Part shown: positions 18,202 to 26,837 of the stretch, one piece after another
Layout of the letters: every line of letters starts with the position of its first letter
Position numbering within the stretch: position 1 is the first letter of the stretch
NCBI GenBank assembly: GCA_041650895.1
Contig: JBAZKF010000001.1
Location: 145,685-209,684 of the forward strand
DNA length: 64,000 nucleotides
Reading direction: 5' to 3'
Source of the DNA: Patescibacteria group bacterium
GTDB taxonomy: Bacteria; Patescibacteriota; Patescibacteriia; 2-01-FULL-39-33
Position numbers and translations under genes: made by a program
Notes under the pieces: model-generated
What the model was told of the DNA's origin: nothing
Databases searched by the model: none
The model's input: only the letters and a program-made list of their open reading frames with translations

Positions 18202-18275
18202 TGGACATTACAGGATTCGAACCTGTGACCTTTCGAATGTGAATCGAACGCTCTAACCAACTGAGCTAAATGTCC
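18202..18275 (-). tRNA. tRNA-Val (anticodon CAC)
   Basis: The reverse complement is GGACATTTAGCTCAGTTGGTTAGAGCGTTCGATTCACATTCGAAAGGTCACAGGTTCGAATCCTGTAATGTCCA. It has a 7-bp acceptor stem. The anticodon stem is TTCGA/TCGAA and the loop TTCACAT gives anticodon CAC. The T-loop is TTCGAAT. CCA is not encoded. Confidence 0.8.
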
Positions 18276-18280
18276 ATTAT

Positions 18281-18351
18281 TGGACCTAGGCGGAATCGAA
18301 CCGCCGCCTCTACAATGCGAATGTAGCGTCGTACCACTAGACTATAGGCCC
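18281..18351 (-). tRNA. tRNA-Ala (anticodon CGC)
   Basis: The reverse complement is GGGCCTATAGTCTAGTGGTACGACGCTACATTCGCATTGTAGAGGCGGCGGTTCGATTCCGCCTAGGTCCA. G3:U70 is the Ala identity pair. The anticodon loop TTCGCAT gives CGC. The molecule is compact (71 nt, short D-stem and variable loop). Confidence 0.75.
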
Positions 18352-18353
18352 TT

Positions 18354-18376
18354 AAAGGGGATGTTTTGGCAACATC
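18354..18376. terminator. Perfect 9-bp hairpin between the SIMPL gene and the tRNA pair
   Basis: GGGGATGTT-ttggc-AACATCCCC, with tgaaaaatttatttt following on the plus strand and tttaaggg on the minus strand. It may terminate the minus-strand SIMPL gene or act as a processing element next to the tRNA 5' end. Confidence 0.35.
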
Positions 18377-18387
18377 CCCTGAAAAAT

Positions 18388-19164
18388 TTATTTTAATCTG
18401 TAATTTACATTCATTTCCACTACGATTTCGTAACTGCCGGTCGGAATCGTGGCACCGCCACTACTACTGCCGCCGCCCAGTCCGCCTTTATCGGCATAAT
18501 AAGAAGCGCCTTGTCCCGGACCTTGCACATAATTCTCCCACCAGCCAGTAATCTTTCCTAATTTAACTTCGGCCACAGAAGCCATTTTGATTGCTTTATT
18601 ATTGGCATCACCTAAAGCTTCCACTCTAGCCTGTTGTTTTAAATCATCCACATTGGAAACATCAAAAGAAATTCCCAAAACCTGATTGATGCCGGCCTTA
18701 CTGGCTTCGGCCAAAACCTTACTAACCTTATCCGGGCTGGCTTTGATATCCCTCACCTTAACGGTAATTTGTTGATTAGCGTTATAGCCAGATAAGCTAC
18801 TGGTGTTGTTAATATAATCGTACTGCGGATACAAAGAATAATTCTGTGTAACAATATCTTCCGGCGCTATGCCCAAAGCTTTGATGACCGCAACGATCTT
18901 GGTGATTTTATCATTCAATTGGTTTAGAGCTTCATCCGGCTTAGCTACCTTGTCAATCTGGACGCCCAAAGTGACGATAGCGATATCCGGCTGGTAAGTC
19001 ACCTTACCTTGACCGGTAACGGAAACCGAGTTCTGCGGATAATTGACGATACGATCACGCACGATAGAAACAACGGCCACGGAGGCTAGCGCCAGGATTA
19101 AAATGATGTAAACAGCGATCTTGCCGCCGCCCATTCTCTTAATCGGCTGTGTAATTTGATCCAT
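18388..19164 (-). CDS. SIMPL-domain (DUF541) membrane-anchored periplasmic protein
   Basis: N-terminal TM anchor. The sequence pattern (VSVTGQGKVTYQPDIAIVTLGVQ..., ...QQITVKVRD..., ...VEALGDANNKAIKMA...) matches SIMPL/YggE-type proteins. A Gly/Ser-rich segment lies near the C-terminus. Confidence 0.6.
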   Translation of the reverse strand: MDQITQPIKRMGGGKIAVYIILILALASVAVVSIVRDRIVNYPQNSVSVTGQGKVTYQPDIAIVTLGVQIDKVAKPDEALNQLNDKITKIVAVIKALGIAPEDIVTQNYSLYPQYDYINNTSSLSGYNANQQITVKVRDIKASPDKVSKVLAEASKAGINQVLGISFDVSNVDDLKQQARVEALGDANNKAIKMASVAEVKLGKITGWWENYVQGPGQGASYYADKGGLGGGSSSGGATIPTGSYEIVVEMNVNYRLK

Positions 19165-19257
19165 AATTTTTACCCTTCTTTATCACTGTATTATGTTTAA
19201 ATACGGTGAATTTTGTGTTTTTAATTATAATGTAAAATTAAGAAAAAATCAAGCCCC

Positions 19258-20310
19258 CTACCAAAAAACAACTAACCGGACTAACAAGAAATAAGCTTCC
19301 AAAAGCGGATTTGCCACCCAAGACAATAACTTATTCTCTACTTCCTGATTGGTAATCGGACCGACAAACAAACTAAGGATCTCCCGATCAGAAACTCGCC
19401 GTAAATCCTGGATTTTCCGACGCTCGCTCATAATATAACCGAAGTTTTTTATCAGCCACAACCAACCTTTGAACTTTTCCTTAGACCACTCGTTCTTGAT
19501 AGAAAAAGCCGTAATGCCCACTTCCATTATCAGTAACATGGGTGCTAACAAAACTATGGTCGCCAAACGGTAGTTCTTCAGTAAGACAATCCAACGATTG
19601 CGATCCATGTAATAAAACTTGTATCTGGCCTTGGAATAACTGTATTTATGATAAACCACGGAAAGCGGGTCAATAACCACACGATAACCCGATAGCCGTA
19701 AACGCCAACCCAAATCCACATCCTCGTGATACATGAATAATTTTTCATCAAACAAGCCGATTTCCTGAAGCGCCGACAATTTTAACAGTACGGCCGCACC
19801 CGAGGCGTAAGGCAAATCAAACAAAGCCGTATAAGCATGGCTATCCGGCTCGCGGTAATGATCGCAAAAGGCGAAGCCTAAGAATTGGAGGGAATTACCC
19901 AAGCTATTAATCAGGTTCTTCTCCGGATAAAGCAATAGTTTTGATTGCACAGCGGCGATTTTCTCATCGCCGGAAACAGCATTAACCAAGCGCGACAGCC
20001 AATACGGCTCCACAATCGTATCATCATTAAGCAAAACCAGATAATCCGCCTGGTCTTTAGCCCAGGAATAAATCTGGTTATTAGCCGCGGCAAAACCCGC
20101 GTTTCTATCATTGGCGATAACCGTTACTTGCGGCCAAACTTCGGCCAGATATTCTTTGGTTGAATCATGACTGCTGTTATCCACTACCACTACCTGAACC
20201 AACTCGCGCGGATAATTCTGCCGGTTGACGCTATCAAGACAATCAGCGATCTTATGGCGTGAGTTATAGGTAACAATGCCAATGACAACTTTTTTATGAG
20301 GATGAATCAT
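19258..20310 (-). CDS. GT2-family glycosyltransferase with a C-terminal membrane segment (rhamnosyl/glucosyltransferase-like)
   Basis: KVVIGIVTYNSRHKIADCLDSV...VVVVDNSSHDST has the GT2 DxD-region architecture. One or two TM helices lie near the C-terminus. Confidence 0.8.
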   Translation of the reverse strand: MIHPHKKVVIGIVTYNSRHKIADCLDSVNRQNYPRELVQVVVVDNSSHDSTKEYLAEVWPQVTVIANDRNAGFAAANNQIYSWAKDQADYLVLLNDDTIVEPYWLSRLVNAVSGDEKIAAVQSKLLLYPEKNLINSLGNSLQFLGFAFCDHYREPDSHAYTALFDLPYASGAAVLLKLSALQEIGLFDEKLFMYHEDVDLGWRLRLSGYRVVIDPLSVVYHKYSYSKARYKFYYMDRNRWIVLLKNYRLATIVLLAPMLLIMEVGITAFSIKNEWSKEKFKGWLWLIKNFGYIMSERRKIQDLRRVSDREILSLFVGPITNQEVENKLLSWVANPLLEAYFLLVRLVVFW

Positions 20311-20629
20311 CTTTTTCCTTTAAGGCTTCGGCCCGAACGACTTTGGTCAGGTCTTTTTCCAATCTCTCAATGCGCCAAAACAAACGAGATAAAATATAAA
20401 ACAAAAAAACCAAAGCCAAATAAACCACCAAGTCAGAACCGCGGCCCACGCCCACGCGATTGGCGATGTCCACTGTCAACTGAGGCCAAATAACAGCCAG
20501 CCCGGCCAAAAACCACAATAACAACCAGCCGATAAATTGCTTGCCTGGCAATTCTTTGGCACGATACTTGGCTGCCAAACGCAGGACAATAACAGCAATA
20601 ATGATTAAAAGAATAATTTGTATAAGCAT
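20294..20629 (-). CDS. Small 3-TM membrane protein, DUF2304-like (a common partner of DPM1-like GT2 enzymes)
   Basis: 111 aa. The GRGSDLVVYLALVFLFYILSRLF motif and the position between two GT2 genes match the DUF2304 context as I recall it. It overlaps the downstream GT2 by 17 nt. Confidence 0.45.
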   Translation of the reverse strand: MLIQIILLIIIAVIVLRLAAKYRAKELPGKQFIGWLLLWFLAGLAVIWPQLTVDIANRVGVGRGSDLVVYLALVFLFYILSRLFWRIERLEKDLTKVVRAEALKEKDDSSS

Positions 20630-20704
20630 ATTTTGTCTGATGATAATGATTAATTGTTAATTGATAGATAATCAAGGCTACCGGCAAAAACCAACTATTG
20701 ATGA

Positions 20705-21367
20705 CTACTTAATCAGCAAATCCCATAAAATACCAAACGCATTCCAAATGCTTTGGCCTTTCTTGATGGAATAATCGGTATAATGAATTGTTACCGGCAC
20801 TTCACAATATTTGAGTTTGAGACGCTTAATCTCATGCAACACCTCACTGGCATAGGCCTGCCGATCCTGTCCTAAATCCAGAAGTTTTAAAGCTGTTCCG
20901 GCCCAGGCCTGAAAGCCGTTATGCGTATCGGTCAGTTTTAAACCGGTAGTCCAGCAGGTAAAATATAAAGCCAGCTTTTTAGTGATTCTTTTCATTAACG
21001 GCATATTCAAGGCGCGACCCAGATTCCTGGAGCCCAACACCGCGTCATAACCTTCAGCCAATTTAGCGGCCAATAATTTAATCTCTTGCGACTCCATCTG
21101 CCCGTCCGCGTCAAAAAAAACAGCCGCGTCAACGTGGCGGCGAAGAGCATACTCAATTCCGGTTTTAAGCGCCGCTCCCTGGCCACGATTAATTTTGTGC
21201 CGTAAGACATCGGCGCCGGCCGAAGCGGCTAGTTCAGCCGTCGCGTCGCTTGAGCCATCGTCAATAATTACAATCAGAGATTCAGGCTGAGCGGCCTTGA
21301 CTGCCAAAACAACAGAACTGATTTTTTCCGCTTCATTGTAAGCCGGAATAATTATCGCCAATTTCAT
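20705..21367 (-). CDS. GT2 polyprenyl-phosphate sugar synthase (DPM1/GtrB-like, soluble type)
   Basis: MKLAIIIPAYNEAEKISSVVLAV...VIIDDGSSDAT...INRGQGAALKTGIEYA. 220 aa, DPM1-like size. Confidence 0.8.
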   Translation of the reverse strand: MKLAIIIPAYNEAEKISSVVLAVKAAQPESLIVIIDDGSSDATAELAASAGADVLRHKINRGQGAALKTGIEYALRRHVDAAVFFDADGQMESQEIKLLAAKLAEGYDAVLGSRNLGRALNMPLMKRITKKLALYFTCWTTGLKLTDTHNGFQAWAGTALKLLDLGQDRQAYASEVLHEIKRLKLKYCEVPVTIHYTDYSIKKGQSIWNAFGILWDLLIK

Positions 21368-21370
21368 AAG

Positions 21371-22411
21371 CTAAACCATCTTGACGGAACCAAGGGTTGT
21401 TTCCGGACGCCTTATTCCCTTTTGCGCGCTTAAATAATCAATGGTTTTCTGCAAGCCTTCATCCATCAGAATTATCGGGAACCAGCCCAACTTTTCTTTG
21501 ACCAAAGAGATATTGGCTAAAGGCTGAACCTCAAAATGAGCCGGGCGATTTTTAAATTCAATAATTGACTTGGAGTTAGTCAGGGTGATTATTTTTTTAG
21601 CGATTTCATTGATGCTCATTTTCCATTCCGACGCCATATTGACCGGGCCGCTCTCCCCGCTTTCCATTAACTTCATTAAACCGCGGATTAAATCTGTAAT
21701 ATAAAAATAAGAAGCAAATTCGCTTTCGCGGCCGTAGATGGTAATGGTTGTCCCGCTGTAAGCGGCAGAAATCATTTCTGGAATCATTCGACCGTCAGTT
21801 AAGCTTAGACGCGGACCGTAACAATTGAAAATCCTGGCGATTTTGGTATTAAGCTTATGAGCTAAGCGGTAATTATTAACCAAGGCTTCGCCAAAACGCT
21901 TAGCCTCGGCATAGCAGGCGCGGGGGCCAAATTGATCAACCGGGCCGACATAATCTTCTTTGATCGGCATAGGGCCAGTACCGGCACCGTAGACCGCAGG
22001 CGCCGAAGCGAATAAAATTGAAGCTTCGTATTTAACCGCTAAATCCAAAGCATAACGTAAACCAACCGAGTTTACCAACAGTGTCTCCACCGGATGAGCC
22101 ATATAAGCTTTGGGTGATGTCGGGGAAGCCAAAAAATAAATTTCTTGCACTCCCTGAAAAGCGACTTTGAACTCGGCTAATTCCGGACGACTCTCCAATT
22201 CAATAGGATTTATAATATCATGATTAATAAACTTGAAATCAGGATTGGCCAGCAAGTGGGCGATATTGGACTGATCGCCGGTAAGAAAATTATCAAGACA
22301 GATAACCTTAGCGGTTTTGACCAGCTCATCGCAAAGGTTAGAACCGACGAATCCGGCTCCTCCAATGACTAAAATATTCTTTTTATCAAATATCGCCTTT
22401 TTGACGGGCAT
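21371..22411 (-). CDS. NAD-dependent sugar-nucleotide epimerase/dehydratase (UDP-glucuronate decarboxylase / UDP-hexose 4-epimerase family)
   Basis: Rossmann motif VIGGAGFVGSNL. Catalytic YxxxK (YAEAKRFGE). 346 aa, extended-SDR length. Confidence 0.75.
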   Translation of the reverse strand: MPVKKAIFDKKNILVIGGAGFVGSNLCDELVKTAKVICLDNFLTGDQSNIAHLLANPDFKFINHDIINPIELESRPELAEFKVAFQGVQEIYFLASPTSPKAYMAHPVETLLVNSVGLRYALDLAVKYEASILFASAPAVYGAGTGPMPIKEDYVGPVDQFGPRACYAEAKRFGEALVNNYRLAHKLNTKIARIFNCYGPRLSLTDGRMIPEMISAAYSGTTITIYGRESEFASYFYITDLIRGLMKLMESGESGPVNMASEWKMSINEIAKKIITLTNSKSIIEFKNRPAHFEVQPLANISLVKEKLGWFPIILMDEGLQKTIDYLSAQKGIRRPETTLGSVKMV

Positions 22412-22524
22412 ACAGTTAAAAGTTACAAATTACTAATTACTTAATTAATTCAATCAAATACGTTACTGCCTTAATCTAATATTCACTCCCTTATATTATA
22501 CCACAAAATAATAACCCCAGACAA

Positions 22525-22992
22525 CTATCTCTTGAAAGTCCAGAAACGATTTAAACTGAAATTAAAAATAGCGACAATAAACGAAGAGACGGCTTTGGCC
22601 AACAAGTCTGGAATATGCACCAATTCGATCAATAAGCTCAAAAGGCATAAATTCAATGACAAACTTATAATATTGGCAACAAAAAATTTAGCATACTGCC
22701 ATTTCAAACCAGCGCTATGATGACGGAAGGTCCACTTGCGATTCAACTCAAAACTCCAGGTTACAGCCACAGCAAAAGAAATAATGGAAGCGACAAGATA
22801 GTGCAGACCGAATAGGCGGGTCATCAGCCAATAGACGCCCAAATCAACCAAAAAATTAGATGTGCCAACCAGGCAGAATTTGATAAACTGCCGGAACAGT
22901 GACTGTTTGAATAACGGCAACTGATAAATCCTTTCTTTTATCATTTTTAACATAAAAGTCAGAACCATTAACTTTATTCCATTATAACACAA
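22525..22992 (-). CDS. GtrA-family small membrane protein (polyprenyl-P-sugar flippase-associated)
   Basis: 4 TM helices. The GtrA signature FIKFCLVGTSNFLVDLGVYWLM is present. The real start may be the internal MIKERIYQ at about 22941. Confidence 0.65.
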   Translation of the reverse strand: MCYNGIKLMVLTFMLKMIKERIYQLPLFKQSLFRQFIKFCLVGTSNFLVDLGVYWLMTRLFGLHYLVASIISFAVAVTWSFELNRKWTFRHHSAGLKWQYAKFFVANIISLSLNLCLLSLLIELVHIPDLLAKAVSSFIVAIFNFSLNRFWTFKR

Positions 22993-23050
22993 ATCAAATT
23001 AAGTCAAAACTTGTTTTTTCTCCTTAAATATGGTATAAATAGTTCTGTAA

Positions 23051-24400
23051 TTGATTAATATTATGACCAGTTTTATTATAAAAACCAAAAAATTACTTCT
23101 AATTTTAGGCGATATCGGCTGTCTTTATCTGGCGCTCTACCTGACTCTTTGGCTCCGTTACGGCTCGAGTTTCGACGCCAATTCCTGGCAAATCCACTAT
23201 CGCGCCTTGACTTTTATTTTTATTTTGTGGCTATTGGTTTTTTACATCAGTGATTTTTATGATCTAAAAACCAGCTATAATAACTTTTCCTTATTTTCCA
23301 TCTTATCCAAGGCCACAATAATCAACGGCATTATTGCGGTTTTAGCTTTTTATTTTCTAACTCCGTTTTTCCCCGCCATCAAACCGCAGAAAGTCTTGAT
23401 TATTGATTTGGTTATTACCTTCGCTATACTTTTTGCCTGGCGCAAAATTTTTTACGGCTTGATTAAATCGCCACAGATCGCCAACCATCTTTTGGTCATC
23501 GGACAAAAAAACCTAGCCGAAGAATTAATGAGAGAGCTGGCGCGCCGGCCCCAGTTAGGTTATAGAGCGACGCACCTCAACCAAGTTCCGGAAAATCTAA
23601 AAAAATACTGCCTGGACAGCAACATTGACATCGTTATTGCCGATAATAGCCTGCACACTGACGCCGTTACGGCAAAAAAAATCTTTGATTGTTTGTCTTT
23701 GGGCATTGATGTGCATCAACTGACTGACTTCTATGAAATCATTACGCAAAAAGTGCCGGTGGAATCGATTGAACTAGGATGGTTTCTGGAAAATCTAACT
23801 GAGAATTCCAAAAAATCATACGAGATACTCAAGCGTCTGATAGACATACTCCTATCCGGCATCGGCTTAATCGTAACAGCACCTTTCGTACCCCTTATCG
23901 CTCTCATCATTAAATTAGAAAGCCCCGGACCGATTCTCTTCCGACAGATTAGGGTGGGCAAAAACGGCAAAGAGTTTTTAGCCATTAAATTCCGCTCAAT
24001 GATTGAAAATGCAGAAAAAAACGGCGCTCAATGGGCGACAAAGAATGATTCCCGCGTTACCCGTTTCGGACGCCTAATGCGTAAAACCAGATTAGATGAA
24101 ATTCCCCAGTTGCTTAATATCCTCCGTGGCGAAATGTCCCTAATCGGTCCCAGACCGGAACGGCCGGAATTCATCCAGTCTCTCTCGCAGGAAATCCCCT
24201 TCTATAGCGAACGACTCTTAGTTAAGCCGGGTTTAGCCGGCTGGGCACAACTGCTGGGTCCAGCCTATGGCGGTTCCAAAGAAGAAACATTAGAAAAACT
24301 CAAATATGACCTATACTACGTCAAAAACCGCTCTCTGCTTCTTGATTTAAGTATTATTTTAAAGACAATTAGAGTTGTCTTAGGCGGTAGAGGCCAATAA
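23051..24400 (+). CDS. Polyprenyl-phosphate sugar phosphotransferase (WbaP/CpsE/WcaJ-type initiating 'bacterial sugar transferase')
   Basis: N-terminal 4-5 TM helices. The C-terminal domain has the family hallmarks: KRLIDILLSGIGLIVTAPF...ESPGPILFRQIRVGKNGKEF...FRSM...DEIPQLLNILRGEMSLIGPRPERPEF. Confidence 0.9.
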   Translation: MINIMTSFIIKTKKLLLILGDIGCLYLALYLTLWLRYGSSFDANSWQIHYRALTFIFILWLLVFYISDFYDLKTSYNNFSLFSILSKATIINGIIAVLAFYFLTPFFPAIKPQKVLIIDLVITFAILFAWRKIFYGLIKSPQIANHLLVIGQKNLAEELMRELARRPQLGYRATHLNQVPENLKKYCLDSNIDIVIADNSLHTDAVTAKKIFDCLSLGIDVHQLTDFYEIITQKVPVESIELGWFLENLTENSKKSYEILKRLIDILLSGIGLIVTAPFVPLIALIIKLESPGPILFRQIRVGKNGKEFLAIKFRSMIENAEKNGAQWATKNDSRVTRFGRLMRKTRLDEIPQLLNILRGEMSLIGPRPERPEFIQSLSQEIPFYSERLLVKPGLAGWAQLLGPAYGGSKEETLEKLKYDLYYVKNRSLLLDLSIILKTIRVVLGGRGQ

Positions 24401-24413
24401 AACATTTTACTTT

Positions 24414-25292
24414 ATGAATACATTCCCGGCTTTATCAATAATCATCCCTAATTTCAATGATGGCGAAGCCCTTCCCAAAGTCATTGATTCTTTAGTTAAA
24501 GAATTAACCGAAAACCAGATAACCCACGAGATTATCATTGTTAATGACGGCTCGACCGATCAAAGTGGAGAGTTATTAAGATCAGACAATAGAGTGCGGC
24601 TGCTTAATCATCCCTATAACAAGGGCTACGGCGCCAGCTTGAAAACCGGAGCTAAAAATGCTCGCCACGAATGGCTGGCATTCTTTGACGCTGATGGACA
24701 GCATCAAGCCGAGGATATCAAAAAAATGCTTGCTTATACGGAGAACTTTGACTTGATTTCCGGTGAACGAACCGGTTACCAAGGACCCTGGATTCGCCAA
24801 CCCGGGAAAAAATTGATCCACTTATTGGCTATATATTTGTTAGACAAAAAGATAACTGACTTCAACTGCGGTTTAAGAATCATCAAAAAGAAAGATTTTT
24901 TAAGATTTGTCCATATTTTACCTAATGGTTTTTCCTGTTCAACTACAACATTATTCGCTTTTTTAAGGGAAGGATTGAATGTCAAATTCGTGCCAATTCA
25001 AATAAATAAGAGGGAAAGTGGACAAAGCATGGTCAAACCGAAGGAGTTCATAACTTACTTATTCTTAATCTTGCGGCTAATCATGCTTTTTTCACCCTTA
25101 AGGATATTTCTGCCTATCGGCCTATTATTATTTTTATTAGGCGGAAGTTTATTGGCATTTGACGTTATTAATCAGGGCCGGATTAGCGCCAGTACGGTAT
25201 TAGTCTCATTATCTTCAATATTAATATTTTTCTTCGGCCTGATAGCCGACCAGATTTCCGCCCTCCGAAGAGAGATTAATAACCGTCAATAA
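24414..25292 (+). CDS. GT2 polyprenyl-phosphate glycosyltransferase with two C-terminal TM helices (ArnC/GtrB-like)
   Basis: LSIIIPNFNDGEALPKV...IIIVNDGSTDQS...YNKGYGASLKTG, followed by C-terminal hydrophobic helices. Confidence 0.8.
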   Translation: MNTFPALSIIIPNFNDGEALPKVIDSLVKELTENQITHEIIIVNDGSTDQSGELLRSDNRVRLLNHPYNKGYGASLKTGAKNARHEWLAFFDADGQHQAEDIKKMLAYTENFDLISGERTGYQGPWIRQPGKKLIHLLAIYLLDKKITDFNCGLRIIKKKDFLRFVHILPNGFSCSTTTLFAFLREGLNVKFVPIQINKRESGQSMVKPKEFITYLFLILRLIMLFSPLRIFLPIGLLLFLLGGSLLAFDVINQGRISASTVLVSLSSILIFFFGLIADQISALRREINNRQ

Positions 25293-25306
25293 AACATCAC
25301 GCATTT

Positions 25307-26011
25307 ATGCCAACCGGAGATCTGCAAGAAAAATTCTGGAGCCAAGACAAATCAGCGCGTCGCTCTCCAGAACATCCCATTGTGAACTATATTTTCAAAG
25401 ATAAAGCGAAAAAAGTAAAAAATATATTGCCGAACGATATTGGCAGTATTCTTGATTGTGGCTGTGGCAACGGCTTTTTCCAAAAAGCCCTATCCGATAT
25501 CTTTCAGATAGAATGTGTGGGGATAGATTATTCAAAAGAAATGATTGATAACAACCCCAATCCGCAAAAAATGGTTGCTTCAGTTACGGCCATACCTTTT
25601 CCGGACAACTCCTTTGATTTAGTAACCTGCAGTGCGTTGCTTCACCATATGAACAAGCAAGAAAGGATTGAAGCCGTAAAAGAAATGTCCAGAGTGGCAA
25701 AAAAATATATTTTCTTATGCGAACCGAACGGAAAAAATCCGGCGGTAGCGGTCTTCTCTCTCCTAAATCGAGAAGAGTTGGGTGGCCTTGATTTTTCCTT
25801 GGGTTACTTAAAAGGATTAGGTAGGGCAGCCGGATTACAGCCGACAAAAGCCTTTATTGACGCCATGGTTCCACCCAATAAAACACCGTTATGGGCTTTC
25901 CCTGTCATACGGTATCTGGACCAAACAAAACTCAATTCGCTTCTAGGATTAGACGCGAATGTGTTATTTGAAAAAATATACTTAAACGATCCGCATAATG
26001 AACGACAATAA
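25307..26011 (+). CDS. Class I SAM-dependent methyltransferase
   Basis: Motif I ILDCGCGNGFF. Motif II region DLVTCSALLHHM. Confidence 0.7.
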   Translation: MPTGDLQEKFWSQDKSARRSPEHPIVNYIFKDKAKKVKNILPNDIGSILDCGCGNGFFQKALSDIFQIECVGIDYSKEMIDNNPNPQKMVASVTAIPFPDNSFDLVTCSALLHHMNKQERIEAVKEMSRVAKKYIFLCEPNGKNPAVAVFSLLNREELGGLDFSLGYLKGLGRAAGLQPTKAFIDAMVPPNKTPLWAFPVIRYLDQTKLNSLLGLDANVLFEKIYLNDPHNERQ

Positions 26012-26837
26012 GCCCAAAATTATTCTTTCCTTTGATTTGGAATATTGGCATTCAAGCAAATTTTTGGAAAAATATTTAGCCGGAAAACAGGCTGACACTC
26101 CGCTACTGAACATAACTCTCTTGGAAAAAATTCTATCTCGGCTTAGCGACTATCCGAATGCCAGTGCCACTTTTTTTGTTCTGGCTGATTTAATGGATCG
26201 CTTCCCCGACTTACTGAAAAAAATCAAAGCTAGCGGCCAAGAAATCGCATTGCATGGTCTTAATCACACACCGATAGATCGCTTAAGCCCCGATGAATTC
26301 CAAAGGGATATAACCAAATCAACGGAAATCTTCCAACGTGTAATTAATGAAGCGCCAAAGGGATTCAGGGCGCCTAATTTTTCAATAAACAAAAGCAACA
26401 AATGGGCCTGGGAAACACTGGGGAAAAACGACTTTGTTTATGATTCAAGTTATTTCCCGTTCTCCTCTGATCCGACAGGGTTAACGCCGATCCAACCCTA
26501 CAAATTAATGACTGAAGCCGCACTCTTAGAATATCCCATTTCAACTTTCCGCTGGCTCGGGATCAATTGGCCAATATCGGGCGGTCTTTATTTCCGCCTG
26601 TTGCCTTATCCGATTTTCTCTTACTTGTTAAAGAAAAAAATCTCAAAAAACCAATTAGTGGTGCTTTATTTCCACTTAATGGATTTGGATGAATCAATAC
26701 CAAACATAAAAATCCCTCACTGGCGCAAAACTTTAAAATATTTCGGCGTCAAAAAAAGTTGGAATAAATTCAACCGACTGCTGAATGATTTTTCCGTTGA
26801 GAGCATTGAACAACATAGGATTAACCATGGCCATTAA
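25998..26837 (+). CDS. Polysaccharide deacetylase-like protein (CE4-related with a DUF3473-like C-terminus; resembles the PEP-CTERM-locus subfamily)
   Basis: KIILSFDLEYWH at the N-terminus is analogous to the TFDVEDY start of that subfamily. The pattern ...FFVLADLMDRFPDLLKKIKASGQEIALHGLNH fits. Confidence 0.5.
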   Translation: MNDNKPKIILSFDLEYWHSSKFLEKYLAGKQADTPLLNITLLEKILSRLSDYPNASATFFVLADLMDRFPDLLKKIKASGQEIALHGLNHTPIDRLSPDEFQRDITKSTEIFQRVINEAPKGFRAPNFSINKSNKWAWETLGKNDFVYDSSYFPFSSDPTGLTPIQPYKLMTEAALLEYPISTFRWLGINWPISGGLYFRLLPYPIFSYLLKKKISKNQLVVLYFHLMDLDESIPNIKIPHWRKTLKYFGVKKSWNKFNRLLNDFSVESIEQHRINHGH

